From Microcystaceae cyanobacterium (GTDB lineage Bacteria; Cyanobacteriota; Cyanobacteriia; Cyanobacteriales; Microcystaceae): a stretch of 64,000 nt of DNA. The DNA is taken from contig JBGTGT010000012.1 of assembly GCA_041746575.1 (NCBI GenBank), forward strand, positions 1 to 64,000, read 5' to 3'. This document shows positions 1 through 8,137 of this stretch, one piece after another. The notes beneath the pieces are model-generated. The model saw only the letters and a program-made list of their open reading frames with translations. It made no database searches and was not told the DNA's origin. Both the position numbers and the translations under genes were made by a program. Each line of letters starts with the position of its first letter. Position 1 is the first letter of the stretch.

Positions 1-3
1 TTA

Positions 4-197
4 ACGTGAGTTCGACCCTCAAAAAATCTACGAGCCTTCTTTATTTAATTTTTTTGTGCAGGGGGTACGGGGGAGGCACTCCGTCCCCCGTTGGGGGGTT
101 TGGGGGGCTAGTCCCCCAATCAAGAATTTGTTTTTCTTTCCTAATCCCAATTAGAATAGACAAAAGGATTAAGATAATTGCCCTCGTCGAACCACGT
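4..197. mobile_element. MITE copy 1 (194 bp), IS982-like ends
   Basis: Left end ACGTGAGTTCGAC, right end GTCGAAC-CACGT (one base missing from the TIR); near-identical to 12228-12390; right flank TAATTA is compatible with the visible left flank TTA; no transposase. Confidence 0.85.
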
Positions 198-354
198 TAA
201 TTAACATCCTACAAGTAACTGAGAAAGAGACATAGAAAGCTTCATTTTTTTTTAATCTTTGTTATGAATTTAATGATTGATTCTTGATCATTGAAAAATT
301 ATTATTTTTTACTTGTATTTTTCTATTACTATATTAACTACTTATCTTTTCAAA

Positions 355-858
355 TTAAGAATTGACTAAAAATTGTAAAAATTTATCGTCAATATCGTAA
401 CCCAATAATTGAGCCATTGATTTTAAACGCATTAGCCCAAAAATTTCATTTTTTCTCAACCAATCCGATAAAATAAAAATCTTTTGCATTAAAAATAATT
501 CCAACGCTTCAGGATTATATTGAATGCCTTCACTGCGATTAAATTGATGAGGAACTAACATCGCTGTATATCGAGCTAATTCTCCTTTTTTTGCCGCCAA
601 GAAAAACATAAAATAGGGGAAAAGACTATCTAAACGCACAAACCATAGGCGCACTTCTGGAATTTCTGATAATTCTCTTGGATCGGTTTTATCTCTTGGG
701 TAGTCAATATCAAAAGCAACTTTTTGTTCGTAATTAATCATCCTATTTTCAATTAATATCGGATGAATCCATTGGGTAACAGGAGATAAATCTAAAGCGT
801 GAATCAAATCTGAATTGAGAGCAATAATAATAGATTGATCGTTAGAGGAAGGATTCAT
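355..858 (-). CDS. CRR6-family NDH-1 (NdhI) maturation factor (DUF1817)
   Basis: DPRELSEIPEVRLWFVRLD and ELARYTAMLVPHQF..EGIQYNPEALELF motifs; start uncertain (ATG 858 or TTG 867). Confidence 0.85.
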   Translation of the reverse strand: MNPSSNDQSIIIALNSDLIHALDLSPVTQWIHPILIENRMINYEQKVAFDIDYPRDKTDPRELSEIPEVRLWFVRLDSLFPYFMFFLAAKKGELARYTAMLVPHQFNRSEGIQYNPEALELFLMQKIFILSDWLRKNEIFGLMRLKSMAQLLGYDIDDKFLQFLVNS

Positions 859-918
859 AAATTTCAATATTTCATCGTTTAATACTGATTACTATCTTAG
901 CACCCTAAGATCACTAAA

Positions 919-941
919 GGGCGCAAATTTTGCGCCCCTAC
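919..941 (-). repeat. GTAG-type REP-like hairpin / possible terminator downstream of the TPR gene
   Basis: Minus strand GTAGGGGCGCAA-AAT-TTGCGCCC, 8-bp stem. Confidence 0.55.
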
Positions 942-975
942 CTGATATAAAGATAATAATGAAAGAAAGCGGCTT

Positions 976-1977
976 CTAATTGAAGATCCCTTCTAAGGTC
1001 ACAATATTAACCGCAGGATTGTCTAATTCTTCAGTCATATTTTCCACCTGATCCGGCATAATTAACTCAGGTTCGCTCTCATTACTGCGTACCGCATAAA
1101 AATCCTTACTGAGTAACCGCGCCTGTTCGTAACTGTCCAAATCCCCCTGATCAAAGTAGAATTTCGCCGCTAAACGCACATCTTCTGCCGCCTTACGTCG
1201 TTGTCCCAAATCTGCTAACAAAATCCCCCGATGATGATAGGCTTTAGCATGAGTGGATTTTAGCATAATGGCTTCTGTAAAATCGGCGATCGCTTCTTCT
1301 TTATCCCCTAACTGTTGATGACTTAAACCTCGCTGGTAGTAAACATCCGCCGCATCGGGATTCGAGCGAATAGACTGGGTAAAATTGTCAATTTTACGTA
1401 ATTCTCCCACAACATCCTCAATTTTACGCAGTTGAGTATCCAGATTGTCCGAGAATCTTTGTAACTGTTGATGATTTTGGCTCAAAACCTGATGAGATTG
1501 ACTAAGATCTTGGTAGTTTTGGCTCAAAATTTGATGAGATTGACTAAAATTCTGATGATTTTGGCTTAAATTCCCATGAGACTGACGTAAATTGTCAAGG
1601 GAAGTCGTGAGGGTATTAATATCATTTTGATGGGTTTGTTGATGACTTTGGAAATTGGATTCCGTTTCTTGGCGCAATTTTGTGAAATTCGTCGCCATAT
1701 TGCCCTCTAACTGATAAATTAACTCAGTCACTTTTTGGGTTGCCGCATTTTGGTTATCTAGCATCTGTGTCATCAATTTTCTACGGTTGACCATGTTTAA
1801 CGCCACCGCCGCAGAGAGGGGAAGAGCCGCTACTGCTACCTGTTGTGTAATCAGGGAAACGATAGATCCCCCCATCAACAATGCACCTGAAGCGATATCT
1901 AAAACCATCGGTAAATTATTGGTTTTATTGGCGTCTTCTGAGGATGGAGTTACTGCGTTTTGTTGTTCTGTTGTCAT
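976..1977 (-). CDS. TPR protein with N-terminal hydrophobic segments and coiled coil (Slr0151-like)
   Basis: YYQRG..A...F..AI and AYHHRG TPR units; position at the end of the V4R/ferredoxin operon. Confidence 0.75.
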   Translation of the reverse strand: MTTEQQNAVTPSSEDANKTNNLPMVLDIASGALLMGGSIVSLITQQVAVAALPLSAAVALNMVNRRKLMTQMLDNQNAATQKVTELIYQLEGNMATNFTKLRQETESNFQSHQQTHQNDINTLTTSLDNLRQSHGNLSQNHQNFSQSHQILSQNYQDLSQSHQVLSQNHQQLQRFSDNLDTQLRKIEDVVGELRKIDNFTQSIRSNPDAADVYYQRGLSHQQLGDKEEAIADFTEAIMLKSTHAKAYHHRGILLADLGQRRKAAEDVRLAAKFYFDQGDLDSYEQARLLSKDFYAVRSNESEPELIMPDQVENMTEELDNPAVNIVTLEGIFN

Positions 1978-2019
1978 CGTTTTTTACCGCCTTTTTTTAT
2001 TATTTAATCAATCGTAATG

Positions 2020-2337
2020 TTAGTCAAAAAGTTCTTCCGCTTGATGAGTAAGAATCGTACAATGGGATTTAGGTGTGGTTGCACAGAGAAGAACATAACC
2101 GGCGTTTAATTCATCAGGACGAAGAAAATCGAGGGCTTTTTCCGTTTGTTCTACCTCTCCTTCAACCACTTTTCCTAAACAATCAAAACACGAACCTGCA
2201 CGACAAGAATAAGGCAGATGAACCCCCTCTTCTTCCGCAATATCGAGAACATATTCATCTTCAGCAAGTTTAAGGATTTTGCGAAGATTTTTTTCTTCAT
2301 TAACTAGTGTTACAGTGAATTTTTCGTTACTGTTCAT
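2020..2337 (-). CDS. Plant-type 2Fe-2S ferredoxin (Slr0150-like)
   Basis: LPYSCRAGSCFDC...VLLC. Confidence 0.9.
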   Translation of the reverse strand: MNSNEKFTVTLVNEEKNLRKILKLAEDEYVLDIAEEEGVHLPYSCRAGSCFDCLGKVVEGEVEQTEKALDFLRPDELNAGYVLLCATTPKSHCTILTHQAEELFD

Positions 2338-2421
2338 TTTTTTAATCGCTCTTTTTTTTGTAAATGATGAGAAAGAAAACAGGGATCGGGATTGGTGGCA
2401 ATCATTTTTAGGTAATTTTTT

Positions 2422-2895
2422 CTATCCTAAGACGGCTTGATCAAGCTGTAGTGCAGAAAGAATACATTTTGTTTCTTCAGGAGTGAGGTATTGATCAATA
2501 ATCTCAATCAACAGACCAAAAGTAACGCGGGTAATTTGCTGAACTTTTTGAGCCTTTGTGATAGTTTGATGCCAAATTAATGTACCTTCTCGCAAACGAT
2601 CTAAATCGTTAATTAACATCGCCGCCGTGGTATGGTGCATCAACATTCGCATATCCCGTTCCCAAATTCCGGTTAAGTCTTTATCTCCCCGTTTAAAAAT
2701 AATGGCTTGAGGATTTAGCGCGCGCATCCGCATTTTCAGATGGTGAATCCATTTCTCTTCAGAATCTCGAATCTTTTCGTAGGCACTTAGACGCACCTCC
2801 ACCGACTCAAAATAAGCTTCTAAGAAATCTAATTCATCGTCCGTGGCATAGCGGCCATCGGTTTCAATACTTAAACGGCTTAATTCTTGTAACAT
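2422..2895 (-). CDS. Phycobiliprotein-like (globin fold) protein (Slr0149-like)
   Basis: TDGRYAT..EL..L N-terminus; WERD in place of the bilin-binding CxRD. Confidence 0.75.
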   Translation of the reverse strand: MLQELSRLSIETDGRYATDDELDFLEAYFESVEVRLSAYEKIRDSEEKWIHHLKMRMRALNPQAIIFKRGDKDLTGIWERDMRMLMHHTTAAMLINDLDRLREGTLIWHQTITKAQKVQQITRVTFGLLIEIIDQYLTPEETKCILSALQLDQAVLG

Positions 2896-2970
2896 TGCAA
2901 TGCTCTCCCAATTTAATAATGAATGTCGAGTTGTTAATCAATAAAATCAGGAATAATCAATTTTTAACGA

Positions 2971-2998
2971 TTAACTGTTCACTGATTACTGATTACTG
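2971..2998. repeat. Heptamer tandem repeat (STRR-like)
   Basis: TTAACTG TTCACTG ATTACTG ATTACTG, intergenic. Confidence 0.6.
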
Positions 2999-3000
2999 TT

Positions 3001-3483
3001 TTAGGCATCCGACGTTCGGTTAAGATATTCCGTCACTTCTACTTGAGTGTCATTTAGTTGACTAATCATGGTGCGGGTAATCAGTTTTCCTTCTTGCACT
3101 AAGACTTTACCCGTGATGGGATGGAGGATATCCTGTTCGGCACGACGGCCAATGAGGGCTTCAATATCGTCAATTTCGTCTAAATACATCCCTATAGGAA
3201 GCTCCACCGTGACCCCTTGCCCAATCACGCGCGCTTGACAAGCCAAACGGGAAAATTGGTTTGCGGTAGTAATCACTTCAATGGTTCGTTGTTCACGGCG
3301 ATTCAAAGGAGACAGGCCTTCCATGCCTTCTTTTACAAAAATATGGCAAGTAGCGCACATTCCCCGTCCACCGCATTCTTCTAGTACATGGACTTCCCCT
3401 TTCAAGAGGGCGGATAATAAATTATCGTTGGTTTGGATAGAAACTTCAACGGATAAGGGGTCAAGTCTGACGGATTTAGCCAC
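3001..3483 (-). CDS. Adrenodoxin-type 2Fe-2S ferredoxin with C-terminal extension (Slr0148-like)
   Basis: ECGGRGMCATCH...SRLACQ. Confidence 0.85.
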   Translation of the reverse strand: MAKSVRLDPLSVEVSIQTNDNLLSALLKGEVHVLEECGGRGMCATCHIFVKEGMEGLSPLNRREQRTIEVITTANQFSRLACQARVIGQGVTVELPIGMYLDEIDDIEALIGRRAEQDILHPITGKVLVQEGKLITRTMISQLNDTQVEVTEYLNRTSDA

Positions 3484-3545
3484 GTTTTGTCACTCCTAGG
3501 GATATAATTTTTTGACGATAAGATAACATCGGAAAAAAGGACTCT

Positions 3546-4226
3546 TTATTCCTCTAGAGAAGCCATCTGATTGCGGCATAACAGTTCCATGATAGTGGCA
3601 TGGTCGTGACCTTCTTCTTTCCAAGCATCAACCACTTTAAGACGGTCTTCTAAACCCAGAATAAAGCGGTTACTGTCAGCCCCCAGCGATTCGCAAGTCG
3701 TTTGTACGGCATGTAAATTCTGTTTCGTGAGTTGGCTAAAGAATGCACTGAGGATGCCCGCTTCGAGGAAACACATGGGTTGTTTATTTTGAGGGGCGGC
3801 TTCAGCAAAGGGGGAATTTTCCACCGTAATCACTAAAAATCCCTGTTGATAGTATTTCATATCAAAGTCACAAACGCCCCAACCGTGGGTTTTCCAGCAT
3901 TGTTTAAAGCATTCGAGAAATTCCACCATTTCCATTTGTTTCATTGATTTATCGTAATATTTGCTGACATCTTCAACAAAACGACGATAAAAGCCTTTGC
4001 CCCACCAACGGCCACAACTAAAGAGAACAACCCCCGTTGAAGGGCCAACTTCTTCTTCTAATCCCGCATAAAGGGCTTGAACTAAAACTTCAGGTAACGC
4101 CAGTAGCCTCGCCCCACTACGGTTTTCCAGTAATCCCAGTTCAATGTCTCCTTGGACATAAACTTCAGGAGAGAAAAAGTTACCGCGAACGGGCTTATCT
4201 TTAACGAGTTCTGCAATATCAATCAT
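3546..4226 (-). CDS. V4R domain protein (Slr0147-like)
   Basis: HGWG...ENSPFA...PMCFLEAGILSAFF; ATG at 4226 preferred over TTG 4238. Confidence 0.85.
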   Translation of the reverse strand: MIDIAELVKDKPVRGNFFSPEVYVQGDIELGLLENRSGARLLALPEVLVQALYAGLEEEVGPSTGVVLFSCGRWWGKGFYRRFVEDVSKYYDKSMKQMEMVEFLECFKQCWKTHGWGVCDFDMKYYQQGFLVITVENSPFAEAAPQNKQPMCFLEAGILSAFFSQLTKQNLHAVQTTCESLGADSNRFILGLEDRLKVVDAWKEEGHDHATIMELLCRNQMASLEE

Positions 4227-4238
4227 GATTTTCTCCAA

Positions 4239-4733
4239 TTAAATCAAGGCGTTTGTTTCGGTTCGGGCAGATTTGGGCTTAATCAGCGTGTCTTCTGCTT
4301 GCTTGAGAAAGGGATTAAGCAGGGCAATTTGTTCGCTGCTAAGGATTTCGCCCAAACGGTCTTGTAATTTGTGATAGAGACGACGTTCTAAGGACTGCAT
4401 CCCATGAATATTAATGGGAGTGGCTAGCCACTCCAAGAGTCTTCTTTGCAGGAATTCGGGGTTATTTAACAGCATGGCCATCGCACCATAGCGCATCACG
4501 GCAATCCAATGCTTAAGCACAGTTTCGAGTTTCTTTTCGTCTTCTTCGGGTAAGGATCTGACCATATCATCCGCAATTGGCTGAAAAATGGCAATTTCTT
4601 GATCTCTTAGTTGTTTGTACAGGGCTAGGCGTTGTTTGAGGGAATCTATATGGAGTTTAAAGGCTTTGACCTCTAATCCCTGTAGATAATAATCTTCCGC
4701 CATTTGCATCATGATTTCTAAGTTCTTGTGCAT
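4239..4733 (-). CDS. Phycobiliprotein-like (globin fold) protein (Slr0146-like)
   Basis: AEDYYL...MRYGAMAMLLNNPEFLQRRLLEWL; ATG at 4733 avoids overlap with the upstream gene. Confidence 0.7.
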   Translation of the reverse strand: MHKNLEIMMQMAEDYYLQGLEVKAFKLHIDSLKQRLALYKQLRDQEIAIFQPIADDMVRSLPEEDEKKLETVLKHWIAVMRYGAMAMLLNNPEFLQRRLLEWLATPINIHGMQSLERRLYHKLQDRLGEILSSEQIALLNPFLKQAEDTLIKPKSARTETNALI

Positions 4734-4743
4734 CGTGGTTATC

Positions 4744-5172
4744 CTATAGTAAATCAGATAAATCGGTGACTTTCCAATCACCATCGGCATTTGCCAGTTT
4801 TTCTGCTAAACCACCTTTCTTTTTCGGTGTTTCAGAGGCAATAGCAGGAGAAAGCAAGATATTTCCCTGCCAAGGAAACCGATTGAAGAAATGCTGAACC
4901 GAATCCCCTAAAGAGAGGCTCACCTGAATCGGTGTTTTAGATTCAACTGCGGAGTGAGAGCAAGTTTTTTGGCGTGAAAGCCCACACCAATTACTATGAC
5001 CAAGAAAGTCCTGCAATTTGAGATTCATTAAGTCAATTTCGCTTAATTGTTCCATTGCAGTTTCTTCTGCTAAGGGAGTCAAGGGAGGAAGTTTGGGGGA
5101 TTCCCCTTTCCAATTGCACCCTTGGAAAAAGGCTTGAACCCTCTGTCCTGCCCACATTTGAGGACTCATCAT
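4744..5172 (-). CDS. Conserved hypothetical protein (Slr0145-like)
   Basis: Three repeats of V/L-Q-x-FF-xxx-NW/PW-x-G; ATGA-type coupling to the upstream gene. Confidence 0.65.
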   Translation of the reverse strand: MMSPQMWAGQRVQAFFQGCNWKGESPKLPPLTPLAEETAMEQLSEIDLMNLKLQDFLGHSNWCGLSRQKTCSHSAVESKTPIQVSLSLGDSVQHFFNRFPWQGNILLSPAIASETPKKKGGLAEKLANADGDWKVTDLSDLL

Positions 5173-5894
5173 TCTAGGTACTCTCCTTCATAAAGACGTT
5201 TTTCGATATCCCGTGCCGATGCTCCTTCATTCAACCAGAAGGTTGCCGCATCGATGCGGTCTTGTTTGCCAATGAGGAATTTACAGTAGGTTTCTCCCAT
5301 GGCATAACATTGTATTTCAATACAACTCAGGTCTTTTTGGACTAAACCACTGAAGAATCCGGCCATTAAGCCAGCATAGATATGACAAACGGGCTTACCG
5401 ACATCGCCAATGGTACGGGCGACGGCAGAGTCAAAGATATTGACAAACATAAAGCCGTTTTTATGTTCACTCATGTCAACTTCCCAGTTGCCCCATCCCT
5501 GCGCACTAAACGGCCACCACCAACCTTCAAGAACGTACAATAAATTGTGTTTGCTGAGGTCAGCCCCGTAGCCGTATTCTTTGGTAAACCAATGATGAAA
5601 AAAGTCTGCGTCTCTGTGTCCCCATTCTTCACCAATTTTATACATCACCATCGAGGAGGCAGTCCCCACTTCTTCTTCTAACCCCTCAATGAGGCCAATA
5701 ATAAAATCTTCGGTGGTTAAGGTGTCTCTGGCTTCATTCCAGTCCGTGATAATACCCGTTTCGGTTTGGAAATGGAAGAAGTCATGTAAGCGATAGTGGG
5801 CATGTCGGTAAGGATATTTCTTACTAAGGGGATATTCTCGCTTTTTGAGTTGAGCTTTGATAGAAGCTTTGGTATTAATTGAAGTCGCAACCAT
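5169..5894 (-). CDS. V4R domain protein (Slr0144-like), first gene of the operon
   Basis: QGWG...FDSAVA...PVCHIYAG...CIEIQCYAMGETYCKF. Confidence 0.88.
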   Translation of the reverse strand: MVATSINTKASIKAQLKKREYPLSKKYPYRHAHYRLHDFFHFQTETGIITDWNEARDTLTTEDFIIGLIEGLEEEVGTASSMVMYKIGEEWGHRDADFFHHWFTKEYGYGADLSKHNLLYVLEGWWWPFSAQGWGNWEVDMSEHKNGFMFVNIFDSAVARTIGDVGKPVCHIYAGLMAGFFSGLVQKDLSCIEIQCYAMGETYCKFLIGKQDRIDAATFWLNEGASARDIEKRLYEGEYLE

Positions 5895-6392
5895 AATTTT
5901 TATTCTTTTATTCTAATGATTGGGTAAACAGTTATAGGCTTTAGTCACGTTGAGATTATTCTAGACAAATTGCCTATTTTGCCCATCTGTGCTTTTTGGT
6001 AAGTTACTGATTTTCCTCAAAAATGACTCAGTAATCTTACGGTACTTGTCGGGTATAGTCCATCATTTTAAAAATAGAAGGACGGTAAAATCAGAAGTGT
6101 AGCCTTTATATTTGTTTTTTCACGATACAAAGCCATAAAAATCTTTAAAAAACTCAAGATAATTTGTAAAGAGATTTAACGTTTTGACCATTTATTTGTT
6201 AATTATCTCAATCACCCTATTTTACAGAAGTTTGTGACTTGATTCGGTACAAGAATTGAAGGTGTAAGGTAGGCGCTGAGCGTATTTTCTTGAGTCGCTC
6301 GTCATTAACTGATGGGACTTCAGCGATCATTTAAAGCGTTTCTTAAACCCTTGCTTTTAAAAGATTACAATTAAGGATTGACGATTAATGAG

Positions 6393-7205
6393 TTATGTCG
6401 CGGGATCAATCGTTGTTAAACGAGATAATGCTTGCATCGCCTCTTCCAATTGGCGGTTTTTTTCTCGTAATTCCCGTTGTAAATGCTGAATTTTTAGCTG
6501 ATTTTCTACTCTTGCTAATACTTCTATCACTTTAAACGGTTTAGCGATATAATCCACTCCCCCTACAGAAAACCCTCTCACTTTATCCCACGATTCATCT
6601 AAAGCACTGACAAAAATTACGGGAATACTTTGCGTTTGGGCATCAGACTTGAGACGCTGACACACCGTGTAACCATCTAGGTCAGGCATTTGTATATCCA
6701 GTAAAATCAAGTCGGGGAGCGCAACCCTTGCTGTTTGTAAAGCCATTTCGCCGTTAATCGCTTGCCGGACTTCATAGCCTTGTTCTTCTAATAATTCCGA
6801 TAATAGATTTAAATTTTGCGGTTGATCATCTACTAATAAAATATTTCCTTTTTCTGCTTGAGGAGAAGAGAGACGGACAGAAAACGAAGGGGGCGCAGAG
6901 GGGGAAGCGGGATTTGTTTGAACAGAAGTAGAGTGGCGAATTTGTCGCTCTATAACCCCTTTAATATTGGTTTTACTCACTTTTTCTTGAAAAAGATCGC
7001 TCAACGTTTGCCAGAGTTTTGGTGCAACATCTTGTCTGAGATATTTGGCGGAATATCCGCATTCATCGGCGATTTGTTCGTAGGTTTTGCGATCGCCTTG
7101 TAGAGTCGAGACGAGAATCATTCGCTGTAATTCACTGAAGTATTCTCCCGTCTGCGATCGCAGGGTTTCCTCCGCAAATTCAACTAAGTTCGTAAGCTCA
7201 TCCAT
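6393..7205 (-). CDS. HTH-like N-terminal domain + receiver domain; GGDEF output lost by nonsense mutation (probable pseudogene)
   Basis: ILLVDD, LLDIQMP, VSA and KPF receiver motifs; reading continues IDPAT*LINRQ past the stop. Confidence 0.75.
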   Translation of the reverse strand: MDELTNLVEFAEETLRSQTGEYFSELQRMILVSTLQGDRKTYEQIADECGYSAKYLRQDVAPKLWQTLSDLFQEKVSKTNIKGVIERQIRHSTSVQTNPASPSAPPSFSVRLSSPQAEKGNILLVDDQPQNLNLLSELLEEQGYEVRQAINGEMALQTARVALPDLILLDIQMPDLDGYTVCQRLKSDAQTQSIPVIFVSALDESWDKVRGFSVGGVDYIAKPFKVIEVLARVENQLKIQHLQRELREKNRQLEEAMQALSRLTTIDPAT

Positions 7206-7406
7206 TGCGATAAAAAATTGGGAGGTTATGATCTCAATTCCCTATTTTGACATTCTTTAGAACTTTAACAGCAAATTATACATAAATAATTAAGGTTAAT
7301 TGTCAAAGGGGAATCGGTCGCCTCACCACCGTCGTGATCAATTTCCTAAGCCCCTAAACAGAGACGACGTTTGAGAGAGGGATATATTGTTTTAAGAACC
7401 GTTCGC

Positions 7407-7940
7407 CTAACGTTCGATGCTAATAATCCAAACCCCCATAAACAGACGAACCGGAATTTCGCCCGCCGCTTGGACATCCCCTCGGAAATAATATGTTCCA
7501 GAATCGGGATTTTTGACGTCTGAAAACACAATGTCAACTTTAGTTGCCGCCACGATATCGTCAAGGAGATCAATTTCAATAATTCGACTTTCTTTATCCC
7601 AAACTACTTCGTTAAGCGGTACGGATTCTCCATCTACCCGTACTTCAATTTTATCCGTGTTAAATTTACCGTTAAAATATTCAGGATAAGAAATATAAAA
7701 ACGACTTGCCCCTTGGGTTAATTTCTTTGCCGGAACATAAAGTTTGTAGCGATCTTTATTATTAGGACGACCGCCAAAGTCGAGGTAATAGTCGAGAATA
7801 TCCCGACGCTCAACACCACTAAAAATAGTTAACCCCGAATTTCCACCGGCGAGGGTTAAAAGTTGACTTCCGCCGAGAAAACAGCCCGATAAAGCCAAGA
7901 CAAGGGCTAAACGTTGTGAGAATAATCGCGCAAGTTTCAT
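7407..7940 (-). CDS. DUF2808-family secreted protein
   Basis: Signal peptide; GLTIFSGV...L.YYLDFGG...VKNP..G.YYF...GVWII. Confidence 0.75.
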   Translation of the reverse strand: MKLARLFSQRLALVLALSGCFLGGSQLLTLAGGNSGLTIFSGVERRDILDYYLDFGGRPNNKDRYKLYVPAKKLTQGASRFYISYPEYFNGKFNTDKIEVRVDGESVPLNEVVWDKESRIIEIDLLDDIVAATKVDIVFSDVKNPDSGTYYFRGDVQAAGEIPVRLFMGVWIISIER

Positions 7941-8137
7941 AAGATTTCCATCCACACCCTAGGGGATAAGCGTTTAATAAACCATTAATTTTACTTAGTT
8001 ATAAGTACATCCTAAGATAACAGATAACCGATATCAGTGACCAGCAGCAAGGGTCAGTATCTTTAGTGACCTATTAGCAATAACCAACAACGATTAAGAA
8101 ATTAAGAAACAAAATCACTCTCACCCTGTCTTTCTAT

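Noticed and set aside
6..200. 64-aa ORF
   Set aside because: Lies within the MITE; no protein features; the second MITE copy differs by indels
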